A model generated the notes under the pieces. That model was not told where the DNA came from and ran no database searches. It saw nothing but the letters and a program-made list of their open reading frames with translations. Made by a program: the position numbers and the translations under genes. From assembly GCF_026210795.1 (NCBI RefSeq), contig NC_089431.1, positions 1,054,001-1,118,000 of the forward strand: a stretch of 64,000 nt of DNA. The letters are read 5' to 3'. This document shows, piece by piece, positions 39,901 through 51,950 of the stretch. This DNA is from Rhizophagus irregularis (taxonomy: Eukaryota). Position 1 is the first letter of the stretch, and each line of letters begins with the position of its first letter.

Positions 39901-42900
39901 TTTTAAATTATGTGTAAATATTATATAAATAAGTAATAATAGAATTAAATAAATAACTTACGCCCTATATTATTAAATAATTTTTTAAATAAAGAATTTA
40001 GTTAGTCCAAATTATTTGTAAATATCATATAAATAAGTTAATGATAGAATTAATTAAATAACTTATGATTTACCAACTAAAAGAAATTACAAAATAAATA
40101 AAGAATTTAATTAGTTTAAATTATATGTAAATATTATAGAAATAAGTAATAATAGAATTAGTAAATAACTTATAACTTACAAACTAGAAGAAATTACAAA
40201 ATAATTTTTTAAATAAAGAATTCAGTTAGCTTAAATTATACATAAATATTATATAAATAAGTAATAATAGATTTAAATAAACAACTTATAACTTACCAAC
40301 TAAAAGAAATTACAAAATAATTTTTAAATAAAGAATATAGTTAGTATAAAATATATGCATAAATAAGTAATAATAGAATTAAATAATAACTTATAACTTA
40401 CGATCTATTTAAATAAAGGATTTAATTAGTTCAAACTTCAAATTATATATAAATATAAATATTATATAAATAGAATTAAATAATAACTTATAACTTACAA
40501 ACTAGAAGAATTACAGAATAATTTTTTAAATAAAGAAATTAGTTAGTTTAAATTATATGTAAATATATAAGTAATAATTTGTCCCCAGCTATGCTTCGGA
40601 TATCTTTAGTTAGGTATATTGTAATGCAAGGTATGTCTGTTCGCACGCATGATTAACCAATAAAATGTATTATTGATTGATATCACGTGATCAGTTTTTG
40701 GTGATGACCCTGACGTGTGATTTTAAATGAATGCTTCAGACATTACAACAGATTGTACTGTAGTGTTGTTAAGTACAAGTCAAAACTGAACCAAACCAAA
40801 CTGGACCAATGGGTCAACTCAGTTTAACTTGAAGATTTTAAGTCACAGTCCAGTACAGTTCGACTTGACTTGTCAAGTTGATAGGGTCAAACCGATGGGT
40901 TGATGGGTCAATAGGCAAGTTGATGGAACAAATATTAATGACCCATCAGTTCGACTTGGAGGTCCAAATCAATCAGTTTGATTTGACTTTAACTCCAAAT
41001 TAGACCGAACTGGACTATTCACAACACTAAATAATAGAATTAAATAATAGCTTATAGCTTACCAACTAAAAGAAATTTCAAAATAATTTTTAAATAGAGA
41101 ATTTTGTTAGTTTAAATTATATGTAAATATTATATAAATGAGTAATAATAGAATTAAATAAATAACTTACACCCTATATTATTAAATAATTTTTTAAATA
41201 AAGGATTTAATTAGTTTAAATTATATATAAATATTATATAGATAAGTAAGAATAGAGTTAGATAAATACTTACGTCCTAGTATATTATTAAATAAAGAAT
41301 TTAATTAGTTTAAATTATACGTAAATATTATATAAATAAGTAATAATAGAATTAAATAAATAACATATAACTTACCAACTAAAAGAAATTACAATATAAT
41401 TATTAAATAAAGAATTTAGTTTAAATTATATGTAAATATTATATAAGTAAAGTAATAATAGAATTAAATAAATAACTTACGCCCTTTATTATTAAATAAT
41501 TTTTTAAATAATTAGTTAGTTTAAATTATATGTAATTATTATATAAATAAGTAATAATAGAATTAAATAAATAACTTACACCCTATATTATTAAATAATT
41601 TTTTAAATAAAAAATTTAATTAGTAGTTTAAATTATATGTAAATATTATATAAATAAGAGTTAGCTAAATCACTTACGTCCTATATTATTAAATAAATTT
41701 TTAATTAGTTTAAATTATATGTAAATATTATATAAATAAGTAATAATAGAATTAAATCAATAACTTATAACCTACCAACTAAAAGAAATTACAAAATAAT
41801 TTTTTAAATAAAGAATTTAGTTAGTTTAAATTAAATGTTAATATTATATAAATAAGTAATAATAGAATTAAATAAATAACTTACACCCTATATTATTAAA
41901 TAATTTTTAAATAAAGAATTTAATTAGTTTAAATTATATGTAAATATTATATAAATAAGTAATAATAGAATTAAATAAATAACTTACACTCTATATTATT
42001 GAAATAATTTTTTGAATAGAGAATTTAGTTAGTTTAAATTATATATAAATATTAATAGAATTTAAATACTAAATAACTAATAACTTACCAACTAAATGAA
42101 ATTACAAAATTAATTTTTAAATAAAGAATTTAGTTAGTTTAAATTATATATAAATATTATATAAATAAATGATAATAAAATTTAAAAATAGCTTACGCCC
42201 TATATTATTAAAATAATTTTTAAATAAAGAATTTAGTTAGTTAAAATTATATGTAAACATTATATAAATAAGTAACTTATAACTTACAAACTAAAAGAAA
42301 TTATAAATTAATTTTTAAATAAAGAATTTAGTTAGTTTAAATATTATATAAATAAGTAATAATAGAATTAAATAAAAAACTTACGCCCTATATTATCAAA
42401 TAATTTTTTAAATGAAGAATTTAGTTAATTTAAATTATATGTAAATATTATATAAATAAGTAATAATAGATTAAATAAATAACTTACGCCCTATATTATC
42501 AAATAATTTTTTAAATAAAATATAAAATATATATGAATATTATATAAATTTGCAATAATAGAATTAAATAAATAACTTACTCCCTGTATTATTAAATAAT
42601 TTTTTAAATAAAGAATTTAGTTAGTTTAAATTATATGTAAACATTTATAAATAAGTAATAATAGAATTAAATAAATAACTTATAACTTACGATCTGTTTA
42701 AATAAAGAATTTAATTAGTTTAAATTATACATAAATATTATAGAATTAAATAAATAACTTACACCCTATATTATTAAATAATTTTTTGAATAAAGAATTT
42801 AGTTAGTTTAAATATTATAACAATAAGTAATAATAGAATTAAATAAATAACTTACTCCCTATATTATTAAATAATTTTTAAATAAAGAATTTAATTAGTT

Positions 42901-45837
42901 TAAATTATATGTAAATATTATAAATAAGTAATAATTAAATAAATAACTTACTCCCTATATTATTAAATAATTTTTTAAATAAAGATTTAGTTAGTTTAAA
43001 TTATATATAAATATTGTATAAATAAGTAATAATAAAATTAAATAAATAACTTATAACTTACGATCTATTTAAATAAAGAATTTAGTTAGTTTAAATTATA
43101 TGTAAATATTATACAAATAAGTAATAATAGAATTAAATAAATAACTTACGCCCTACATTATTAAATAATTTTTAAATAAAGAATTTAGTTAGTCTAAATT
43201 ATATGTAAATATCACATAAATAATAATAATAGAATTAAATAAATAACTTATAGCTTACCAACTAAAAGGATTGCAAAATAATTTTTTAAATAAAGAATTT
43301 AGTTAGTTTAAATTTTATGTAAATATTATATAAATAAGTAATAAGAGAATTAAATAAATAATAACTCACCAACTTAAATCAATTACAAAATAATTATTTA
43401 AATAAAGAGTTTAGTTAGTTTAAATATATTGAATAAATAAGTAATAATGGAATTAAATAATAACTTATAACTTACCAACTAAAAGAAATTACAAAATAAT
43501 TTTTTAAATAAAGAATTTAGTTAGTTTAAATTGTATGTAAATATTTTATAAATAAATAATAATAGAATTAAATAAATAATTTATAACTTACGATCTATTT
43601 AAATAAAGAATTCAGTTAGTTTAAATTATATATAAGTATTATATAAATAAGTAATAATAGAATTAAAATAAGTAATTTATGACTTACGATCTATTTAAAT
43701 AAAGAATTTAGTCAGTTTAAATTATATATAAATATGTTTTTTACTTCAAATCACCGGGGGTGATCATCACCGTTGGCCAGAATTATCAATTTTTACCGGC
43801 ACTATATTTTTTAATGCTGGTCGATCATCATAATTTCAGTCACCAGTGATCATCACCCCCGGTGATAGTTAGAAAAATTCAATAAATATTATATAAATAA
43901 GTAATAATATAATTAAATAAATAACTTACGCCCTATATTATTAATAATTTTTTTAAATAATTGGTTAGTTTAAGTTATATGTAAATATTATATAAATAAA
44001 TAATAATAGAATTTAAATAAATAACTTATAACTTACCAACTAAAATAATTTTTTAAATAAAAAATTTAGTTTAAATTATATATAAATAAGTAATTATAGA
44101 ATTAAATAAATAACTTATAACTTACGATCTATTTAGATAAAGAATTTAGTTAGTTTAAATTATATGTAAATAAGTAATAATAGAATTAAATAAATAACTT
44201 ACACCCTATATTATTAAATAATTTTTAATTTAGTTAATTTAAATTATATGTAAATATTATATAAATAAGTAAAAATAGAATTAAATAAATAACTTATAAC
44301 TTACGATCTATTTAAATAAAGAATTTAATTAGTTTAAATATTACTGTATATAAGTAAGTAATAATAGAATTTAATAAATAACTTATTACTTACCAACTAA
44401 ATCAAATTGCAAAATAATTTTTTAAATAAAGAATTTAGTTAGTTTAAATTATATGTAAATATTATTTAAATAAGTAATAATGGAATTAAATAAATAACTT
44501 ATAACTTACTAACTAAAATAAATTACAAAATAATTTTTTGAATAGAGAATTTAGTTAGTTTAAATTATATATAAATATTATAAATAAACGAAGTTTTTTA
44601 CTTCAAATCACCGGGGATGATCATCACCGTTGGCCGGAATTATCAATTTTTACCGGCACTATATTTGTTTAATGCTGGTCGATCGCCATAATTTCAGTCA
44701 CTGGTGATCATCACTCCCGAGGATAGTTAGAAAAATTCATAAACAAAAATAGAATTAAATAAATAACTTACCAACTAAAAAAAATTACAAAATAATTTTT
44801 TAATAAAGAATTTAGTTAATTTAAATTATATGCAAATATTATATAAACAAGTAATAATAGAATTAAATAAATAACTTACGCCCTATATTATTAAATAATT
44901 TTTTAAATAAAGAATTTAGTTAGTCTAAATTTTGTGTAAATATTAAATAGATGAGTAATAATAGAATTAATAAATAACTTATAACTTACCAACTAAAATA
45001 AATCACAAAATATTTTAAATAAAGAATTTAATTAACTTAAATTATTATATAAATAACAGACTTATAGATATTTACTATAACTTACACCCTAGTATTATTA
45101 ATTAATTATTAGTTAAATATAAATATAATACAAAAGTATTTACTGTAAATTAAATATATCACTTACAATCTAGTTATTTAAATTAAGAATATAATTAGTT
45201 AAGTTATATAAAATATTAAACAAATAAATATACAACTTACCATCTGTAATACAATTAATTATTGAATAATAATTAAATAAAGAATTTAATTATTTGTATA
45301 TTATGTAAAAAATAAAATAAAGTAAAGAATTGAAAATTTAAATAACTAATAACTTACCGACTATATATAGTATTATATTAATCATTAAAAAAAATTGTTT
45401 AATTACATGAAATGCAATAAGATGATAAGTAATTCTATTATTATTCAATTATAAGATAACCTATTAACTTACGAGCTAAATTATTTAATATTATTTTTGT
45501 ATAATTTAGTTAGTTTAAATTGTATTTATATATTATGTAAGGTATTGAAATGTATTTACAAATAAAAATGTAATATTTTATCATGTTTAATATACCTATA
45601 GCTTCCTTGATAATACTTTCTTCAAATTCTTCAAATTCTTCAAATTCTTCAGAGTCACTTCCTTTGAATCCCTCGGAGCCACTTCCTTCAGGTTCTTTAG
45701 TGCTACTTCCTTCAAATTCAACATTACCAGAAACTAGTTTTATTATATTATAAATTTGTTTAAAAATATTAGAATTCTATTTGTATAAATATTTATACTA
45801 TACATATGTTATTACCTTTATCATTATTGAGAGCCAT
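36998..45837 (-). CDS. TKL-type protein kinase whose N-terminal region is predicted to be assembled from 64 3-nt microexons plus a 1-nt exon
   Basis: Exon 1 45837-45816 (MALNNDK); exon 2 45733-45596 (acidic, phase 1/1); microexons 45475 to 38349; 1-nt exon 38265; kinase exons 38193-37977 (WIPY, GGFGTVYKA, VVLK) and 37897 onward (HCDFHDGN, SDLG, FMAPE). The kinase is well supported; joining through the microexons is inferred. The 3' end may use a further donor at 37017. Confidence 0.75.
40578..41029. mobile_element. Insertion within one array intron, including a hAT-like MITE (40761-41029)
   Basis: TIR TAGTGTTGT / ACAACACTA; interrupts the repeat period; no clean TSD. Confidence 0.65.
43736..43880. 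mobile_element. ~145-bp MITE, copy A, inside an array intron
   Basis: TCACCGGGGGTGATCATCAC ... GTGATCATCACCCCCGGTGA inverted repeat; similar to 44590-44738. Confidence 0.8.
44590..44738. mobile_element. 149-bp MITE, copy B, inside an array intron
   Basis: Ends GAAGTTTTT/AAAAATTC; ATAAAC on both flanks. Confidence 0.8.
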
Positions 45838-46199
45838 TGCTATAATTATATTAAAATTCTTTCTGACTGGAAAAGATAAATATTTTTTTTACGCCTTTAT
45901 TAGTATAGGTATATATGGTAATAATATGCAATGTGCAAAAACATTGATTATAAGTACAACATTGCATGTATACAATCTAATTTTGCACATTACCGAAGGT
46001 ATGTCAATCATCAAGCCTCATTGTTGCACAGCAAAAATTATAAAACGGAGAAAAATTTCTTAATACATAATATATATATATACTTAGAGTGGCAAAGATA
46101 ATTTTGAATATCATTTTTTTTGATTTTTTGTTAAAACTAACTTGGAAATAATCAGTTACATCCAATGTAGTGTTCATATACAGAGTAAACCTTTATTTA

Positions 46200-47470
46200 T
46201 TTATTTTTTTTTGTTAGTAACGCGCATTTCCCCATTTTTATTTATACTTCTCAAAGTGAACAAGGTTACAGTAAAATTACAGAGATCACATATACTAAAA
46301 CCGAAAGCAATTCAACCACTGAAAACCAAATCGCATCCAGCCTTACGGAACTGGAGCGATGCCACCTTGGTGAAAAATAAGATAAGAAGTTGTGTGAATC
46401 AAATTCACAGCCTGACTAACGCACCGAGGTAAAAAAAAGTAATATAAGAAATAAAAATAATGATCTATAGTTACGTATTAAAAATGTTACATACATAAGA
46501 AATATTATAATCAGTATCTATAAAATTTGAAAAGGTAAAAAGTGAATTGTCTCTATGTATTACCCAAGCACCAGAATGTAAAAAGTTGCTAAAGTACAAC
46601 GAATGTAAGCTTGGTCATTTGTTTGGACACGTAAATTATGATATGGAAGAGGATTCATTTGTAAGAAGCCTAGGTCGCCATATAGGTGTGCCCATATTTA
46701 TTGGGCGTGATTGAATATCTTGATCAAATGGGTCGCTTGCGTTGGTGAAGTTGATAGTATTTTTTCTTTTTTTGTTTGGTGATACCTTGTGGACGTTCCC
46801 TTTCTCCGCGCGTTCGCGCCAAATCACGGTATTGATATCATGCATTAAGGGAGTAATGAATTGTTCGAACGCAGTATCACGGCCGCGTTTGTTGCCTATG
46901 TAGTTGTATAAAAGGGCGGTGAATTAAATTGTGTAAGAGCAAATAAAATGATGTGTGCAGAAACCGGCTCTATAAAAAATTTTCTGGAAAAATTCCGATA
47001 AATGATCATTTTTTTAGTTTTCATTCCAAAAAAACTCCGATATGTGATCAATTTTCTAAAATTTTTTATAGGTGGTTCAGAATTGGTAATAACAAACATA
47101 GGAGAGTTGTTGATGCGATCGTGTAGATCGAAGACGAGCCCAGTGGCGCGTTCTTTAATGACTTCCTCTAAAATTGGTATGTATTTGCTAATAAGATTCC
47201 TTATTTTCTGAAAATGCGTAGGGCAAGTGCCGAAGTGTTCGTTGGTGTCACTGTGGAAGGTGCATTCTATACAAGAATGGTATGATAAAGGGTAGTTTGT
47301 GAAATATGAAATATCCAATGTCGGATAAATAAAATTTGATTTTTTGATAATTTTTCGCTCGTAGGTGAATTAGTAGGGTTGGGATTAATCCATTTGCTGG
47401 TATACTTTTGCTTGGATAACCGTGTTACTACATTTTCTTATGTTGTGGTCAGTCCATAGCATATAAGTTA
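46200..47470 (-). mobile_element. Degenerate LINE 3' fragment (C-terminal CCHC zinc finger), interrupted by a small CCCTATA-type MITE (~46968-47072)
   Basis: CIECTFHSDTNEHFGTC motif; T-rich tail near 46205. Confidence 0.6.
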
Positions 47471-48255
47471 TTCCACTGAATGTAACTCAGGAATGTGGAG
47501 GAAAAGAATTATAATAAAATTTAAGAAACTAAATTACATTTATAAACCAAAAAGAAAATACATTAGACACTAATATCTATTATCTACCAACCCGTCTAAG
47601 ACGGAAGCAGGCACACCTACTTACTAGTTCGACTATATATTTTCTAAACTACTGTCGCTATATTGACGTTATATTGTGATATGTGTTTCTATTAATAATT
47701 CTATTACTCAATATTATTTCTGTTACATGTAAGGTAAATGATCGAAAAAAAAGTGAAATTCCGTTCAGACAAAAAGTTCCTATTAACTAAGTTAATCTTA
47801 TACCTTTTTAAAATGAAAAAAATAAACCTAACCTACTTTTTCGACTTGTTTATTCTATATTGAAAGGTTAGTTGCTATCACTATCATCCCCTCTACTACC
47901 CTGCTGAGCAATCACAACACGCTTTTTGTTTCCATTTAATTCTTCATTTACTAGTTCAATTACTTTGCCTTTACCTTTTGATCTTTTGATCCTTCCGCAT
48001 GTCCGTTAATGTCTTTGATTCTATCACTAAATTCTGAGTTCATCTTGTTATAAACGTTTATTACTTTGCTATACGAGACCATGAAACCCGTTGGACTACC
48101 CGTTGCTTCGAGGTGTCTTGCGAATTCCCGGTTTCTTAAAAGATCCGTTGTAATGCCGTAGTATACCTAGTAAATTTATTAATTATGTGGCGCAGTATTA
48201 TATTTAGAATTAGTGTATAAATTTTAGTAGTTTTAAAATTGTATGACGTTACAAA

Positions 48256-48688
48256 TGTAACGTCCGAGATGACGTAAATAGTAGATCATTTGAGAAGGGA
48301 ACTAAAATTAGAATAATAACATTTTAGGAAAGAGACTTGAAGATCAAAATGGGAAGAAAAATTCGAAATTTTAAAACCATTAAAAATGGAATGTATCAGA
48401 GTGTCCGGTTTCGATGGGACATAAAATTTTGAAGAATGAAAATTTTGAGGTTTTTGAGTTAAAAAGCGGAATCCGGTCAAAATATTCCTTTGAAAAGGTA
48501 TTTTTAGGAAATGATATAAATAGGGGTAAATTTTGAGTTTGTGAAAAAAAAGGGATAATACGAATTTAGGAATTTTTTTTTTAGTATTGTTAAACTAAGC
48601 ATATATTTGTATTTATTTGTATTTATTTATTTATTTATTTATTTATTTATTTTATTACTAAAAGAGTAGTAGAACCGAGACTATTACA
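48256..48688 (+). mobile_element. Possible solo LTR
   Basis: TGTAA...TTACA ends, TATAAATAGGGG box near 48516; no TSD found. Confidence 0.45.
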
Positions 48689-50954
48689 AATAAGAGAAAA
48701 AAGTGATTTCAATGAAAAAAACTTAAATCTAATATGCGTGTATAGTACTCCGTACTTCATCCCCTACGGGACCTCACTCTTCGGTCGATACTATTTGATA
48801 AAGTAGGACTACGCTAATTAATCAAATGGGACAATGATAAAGAGACGAACAAAAAATAAACACAAAAAGAATTCTAGTCAAATCACCCGTATTTTTCTTT
48901 TAACTATTAACTAGTTATTGTATGTAAATACTGTCATATACAAAATGGTGCATAAGTAATAGGTTCGTAATTATTTTTTAAGGAGTATAAATTTTTAAAA
49001 GATGATTAAGAATCTTTGTATTTATTTATATTATTAATAAAGTATTATTTTGTTAAACCTAAGGTGGCAACGTGATTTATCACGGGCTTAGGTCTTACAC
49101 CGTCTTTGTCGATCAATTCGTTCTACCATTTAATCTGTCCCCGATGTCTTCTTGCATCGCGGAATCATATACGTATCACTTTCGTCGTTGAAATACATTA
49201 GAATGTATTTGAGTTTATTAATTTTAATATTTTATAACATATTCTTTAATGATTTCATGATCCTGTCTTTTTTTCATTTTTTTTTAATTTCTTTACTGCT
49301 TGCCAACTATATCTGTTTCTGATGTCGCTTGCAGTTAGCTAATATTCCCGTCCTTTCTTTGTTATCGAGATATTGAATCCACCACTCATATAGACAAGCT
49401 TTCCACATGTCCCGCATCTTTCAGACTTTCATAAATTTCTTCGTCTTTCCAATACCAATAAAAGATCATGTCACATGACACTTCGGAATAATGTTTATCC
49501 AGGAGTTGACGAAAGTAAAGTATTGAATTATATATAGATCACGTTATTCAAGGACTATCGGATCAAAATTAACTAATTACAAACAAAACAAGAATGTTTG
49601 ATGATTGTGATATTTTTCATATAAAAGTTACAGAAAAAATTATTTTTAATCGAAACGAAAAAGAATATCTATTATAGTTTCACAAAATAAAAACACTTTT
49701 ATAATAATAAATTCAATCTTCCAACTTGGAATATAATCTAATTTATTTAATACCTTAGAAAATTTGTATAAATAAATTTAAAAACATTCGTATTAGTCAT
49801 TTTATATAGGATATCAAGGTTCTCGAGAATCGAGACATTGAAAGACTTTTCTAGAAAACTGAAGATTACATCTGTTGAAACAAGTAACATTCAATATATA
49901 GACGGAAACATGACAAAATACTATTTTTATTATATTATTTATTAATTAAATTTTTTTAACATCGGACCTTTAATCATATTAAAAGAAATGAATCAACTAT
50001 CATACTATTCTATCATATGATTATACAGTACTTAACGTTAACGATAACGTAACTTTTAAAGAATCCGAAAGGAAATTGTGATTACGCCCGTTCTTATTAT
50101 TGAATTCAGTTGTACAGGTATTATAAAGTAGTATATTCACTTAAATATAACAATAATCGATTTCTAATATTGTAAATACTTTATTATGACAACATTAAAT
50201 GTAATTGCAGAGCAAAAGAACGATCATCATAGTATTCTTTTAGTTAAGTTTAAACAAACGGGAAGATTACTACGGATTACCTTTACTGCAGTACTGTAGT
50301 TATGAAGAATAAGAAAATGATAATTAACGATGTTACATAAAGTTAAAAGAACTTGGCATCTATTCCGACAGAGTAATAATGTAATTTTCTTCACGCACGC
50401 AATTGTGATCGGAATATCATTGAAAATTTAACGAATTAAAGAGAAGTCTGATTGCTGAATCAGATAGACAATGGTGTTTACCTTAACTAAAAATGAATAA
50501 ACTCGTTTCATATCATGTGAAAAAATATACAATATTATTTACAACTAATCCTTAGAAGATAAAAATAAATTATTCATATTAAGAAAAGAAAAAAAATTGA
50601 CAAGGTACGAAAATGTCGAGTCAATATAACGTAAAAATTAGTACTTCATTACCGTGCTATTTTTTTATCTCATTATACAAACATTACTATCAATATATTT
50701 TATTTGATAATTAGCGCCTATTTATTAAAAATTTATTTATATATTACCAAATAAATATTTAATTAAGCTACTAAATTAAATAAATTTTTCATATATAAAA
50801 AGTTGTATAAATAAACAAAAGTATGATATATAATTATTGTTATGCTCTATTTATACTACGGTATATCATAAAATAAATAATAACTTATAAACTAATATAA
50901 AAAATATAAAATACTATTATTATTTTATAATATTATTATAATATTATCAATATT

Positions 50955-51950
50955 AATTAATTTTTTTAACCCAAAATCTAATTAATGAATATTCTGGACT
51001 AGTATATTTAAGTTCTTCTACAAGATTTATCATAATTTGAATCTTCTTTAGAAATACCTAATACGAGACTTAAATTTTCAATCGCTACTTTATGAAACCC
51101 TACATAAATATCTTGATTAACAATATTGGCGTATTTGGATTTGATTTAATTATTTTATCAAGATTTGGTATTATTCTCCTCTTTGTAAACAAGATGAAAT
51201 GTCAAAAAATAAAACTTAGTCATTCCTTAATAAACTGTTGATAAATATTACTACGTTTTACTTAAAATTGGTCCGATTCCTATAAATGTACTATATGGTT
51301 CATGAAGCTCAACATATCCACCAGGTTTTGTACTGAAATGATTAGGTATAAGTTATATTTATTTTATTTATTTGACATATACAGTACATGTATTTTTATG
51401 GTTATAAAAAATTAATATTTATTTATTTATTATTGAGTAATGATAAAGTCCCATTGATCTACTTTAATAACATTTGAACCATGTATAGTACAAAATCAAA
51501 TTCGTTATCAGGGAACGGTAATCCATCAAATATATCCGCATTTTATAAGACCGTTTTATCTAATTAAATTGTTTTTTATATTAATTATTATACCTTCTAG
51601 TTAGTTCAAATTTCTTAATTGTCACATTACGCGCGCGTTACTTACCTTATCAGTTATTTGGATAGGTATATTGAATTATTATTAAGTCCATAAAATAAAG
51701 ATTTTTCATATTTATTTGCAGGATCCAACAACCAAGTTCCGGATCCGCATCTTATTTAAAAAATTACTCTTAAAAAAAAAAAAACTTAAAAAAAGTTATT
51801 TATATATTTATTTAATTTAACTTACCCAATATCTAATACTTACATCTTCCTTGCATTAATTTTTTTTTCAATTGGAGAAGAAAAATTACTTTGATATATA
51901 CAGTATGATTTTGAAAAAAAATGAAGGCGAATTCAGTTATTATTTCCCAT
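50955..51950 (-). pseudogene. SAM methyltransferase pseudogene (divergent paralog)
   Basis: MGNNN* start, LDIG|CGSGTWLL, LPFPDNEFDF, TKPGGYVE, with stops, deletions and frameshifts. Confidence 0.8.

Larger units (their letters stand above)
38260..45480 (-). repeat. Tandem array of ~100-bp intron plus 3-nt exon units (64 units)
   Basis: On the plus strand each unit contains (CTT)AC-NNN-CT, i.e. AG|NNN|GTAAG on the minus strand, usually with an ACTAA(C/T) branch-like motif. Confidence 0.95.

Noticed and set aside
38260..45480. Array as a CRISPR locus or plain satellite/centromeric repeat
   Set aside because: Eukaryotic context, no cas genes and no unique spacers. The invariant parts are splice signals, and the array sits between in-frame exons.
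45806..46063. Plus-strand 85-aa ORF with hydrophobic start
   Set aside because: Overlaps exon 1 and the upstream region of the minus-strand kinase; no recognisable motif.
47866..48170. Coding-like minus-strand fragment (VYYGITTDLLRNREFARHLE...)
   Set aside because: Frameshifted, with no start and no family I can recognise; not enough to call.
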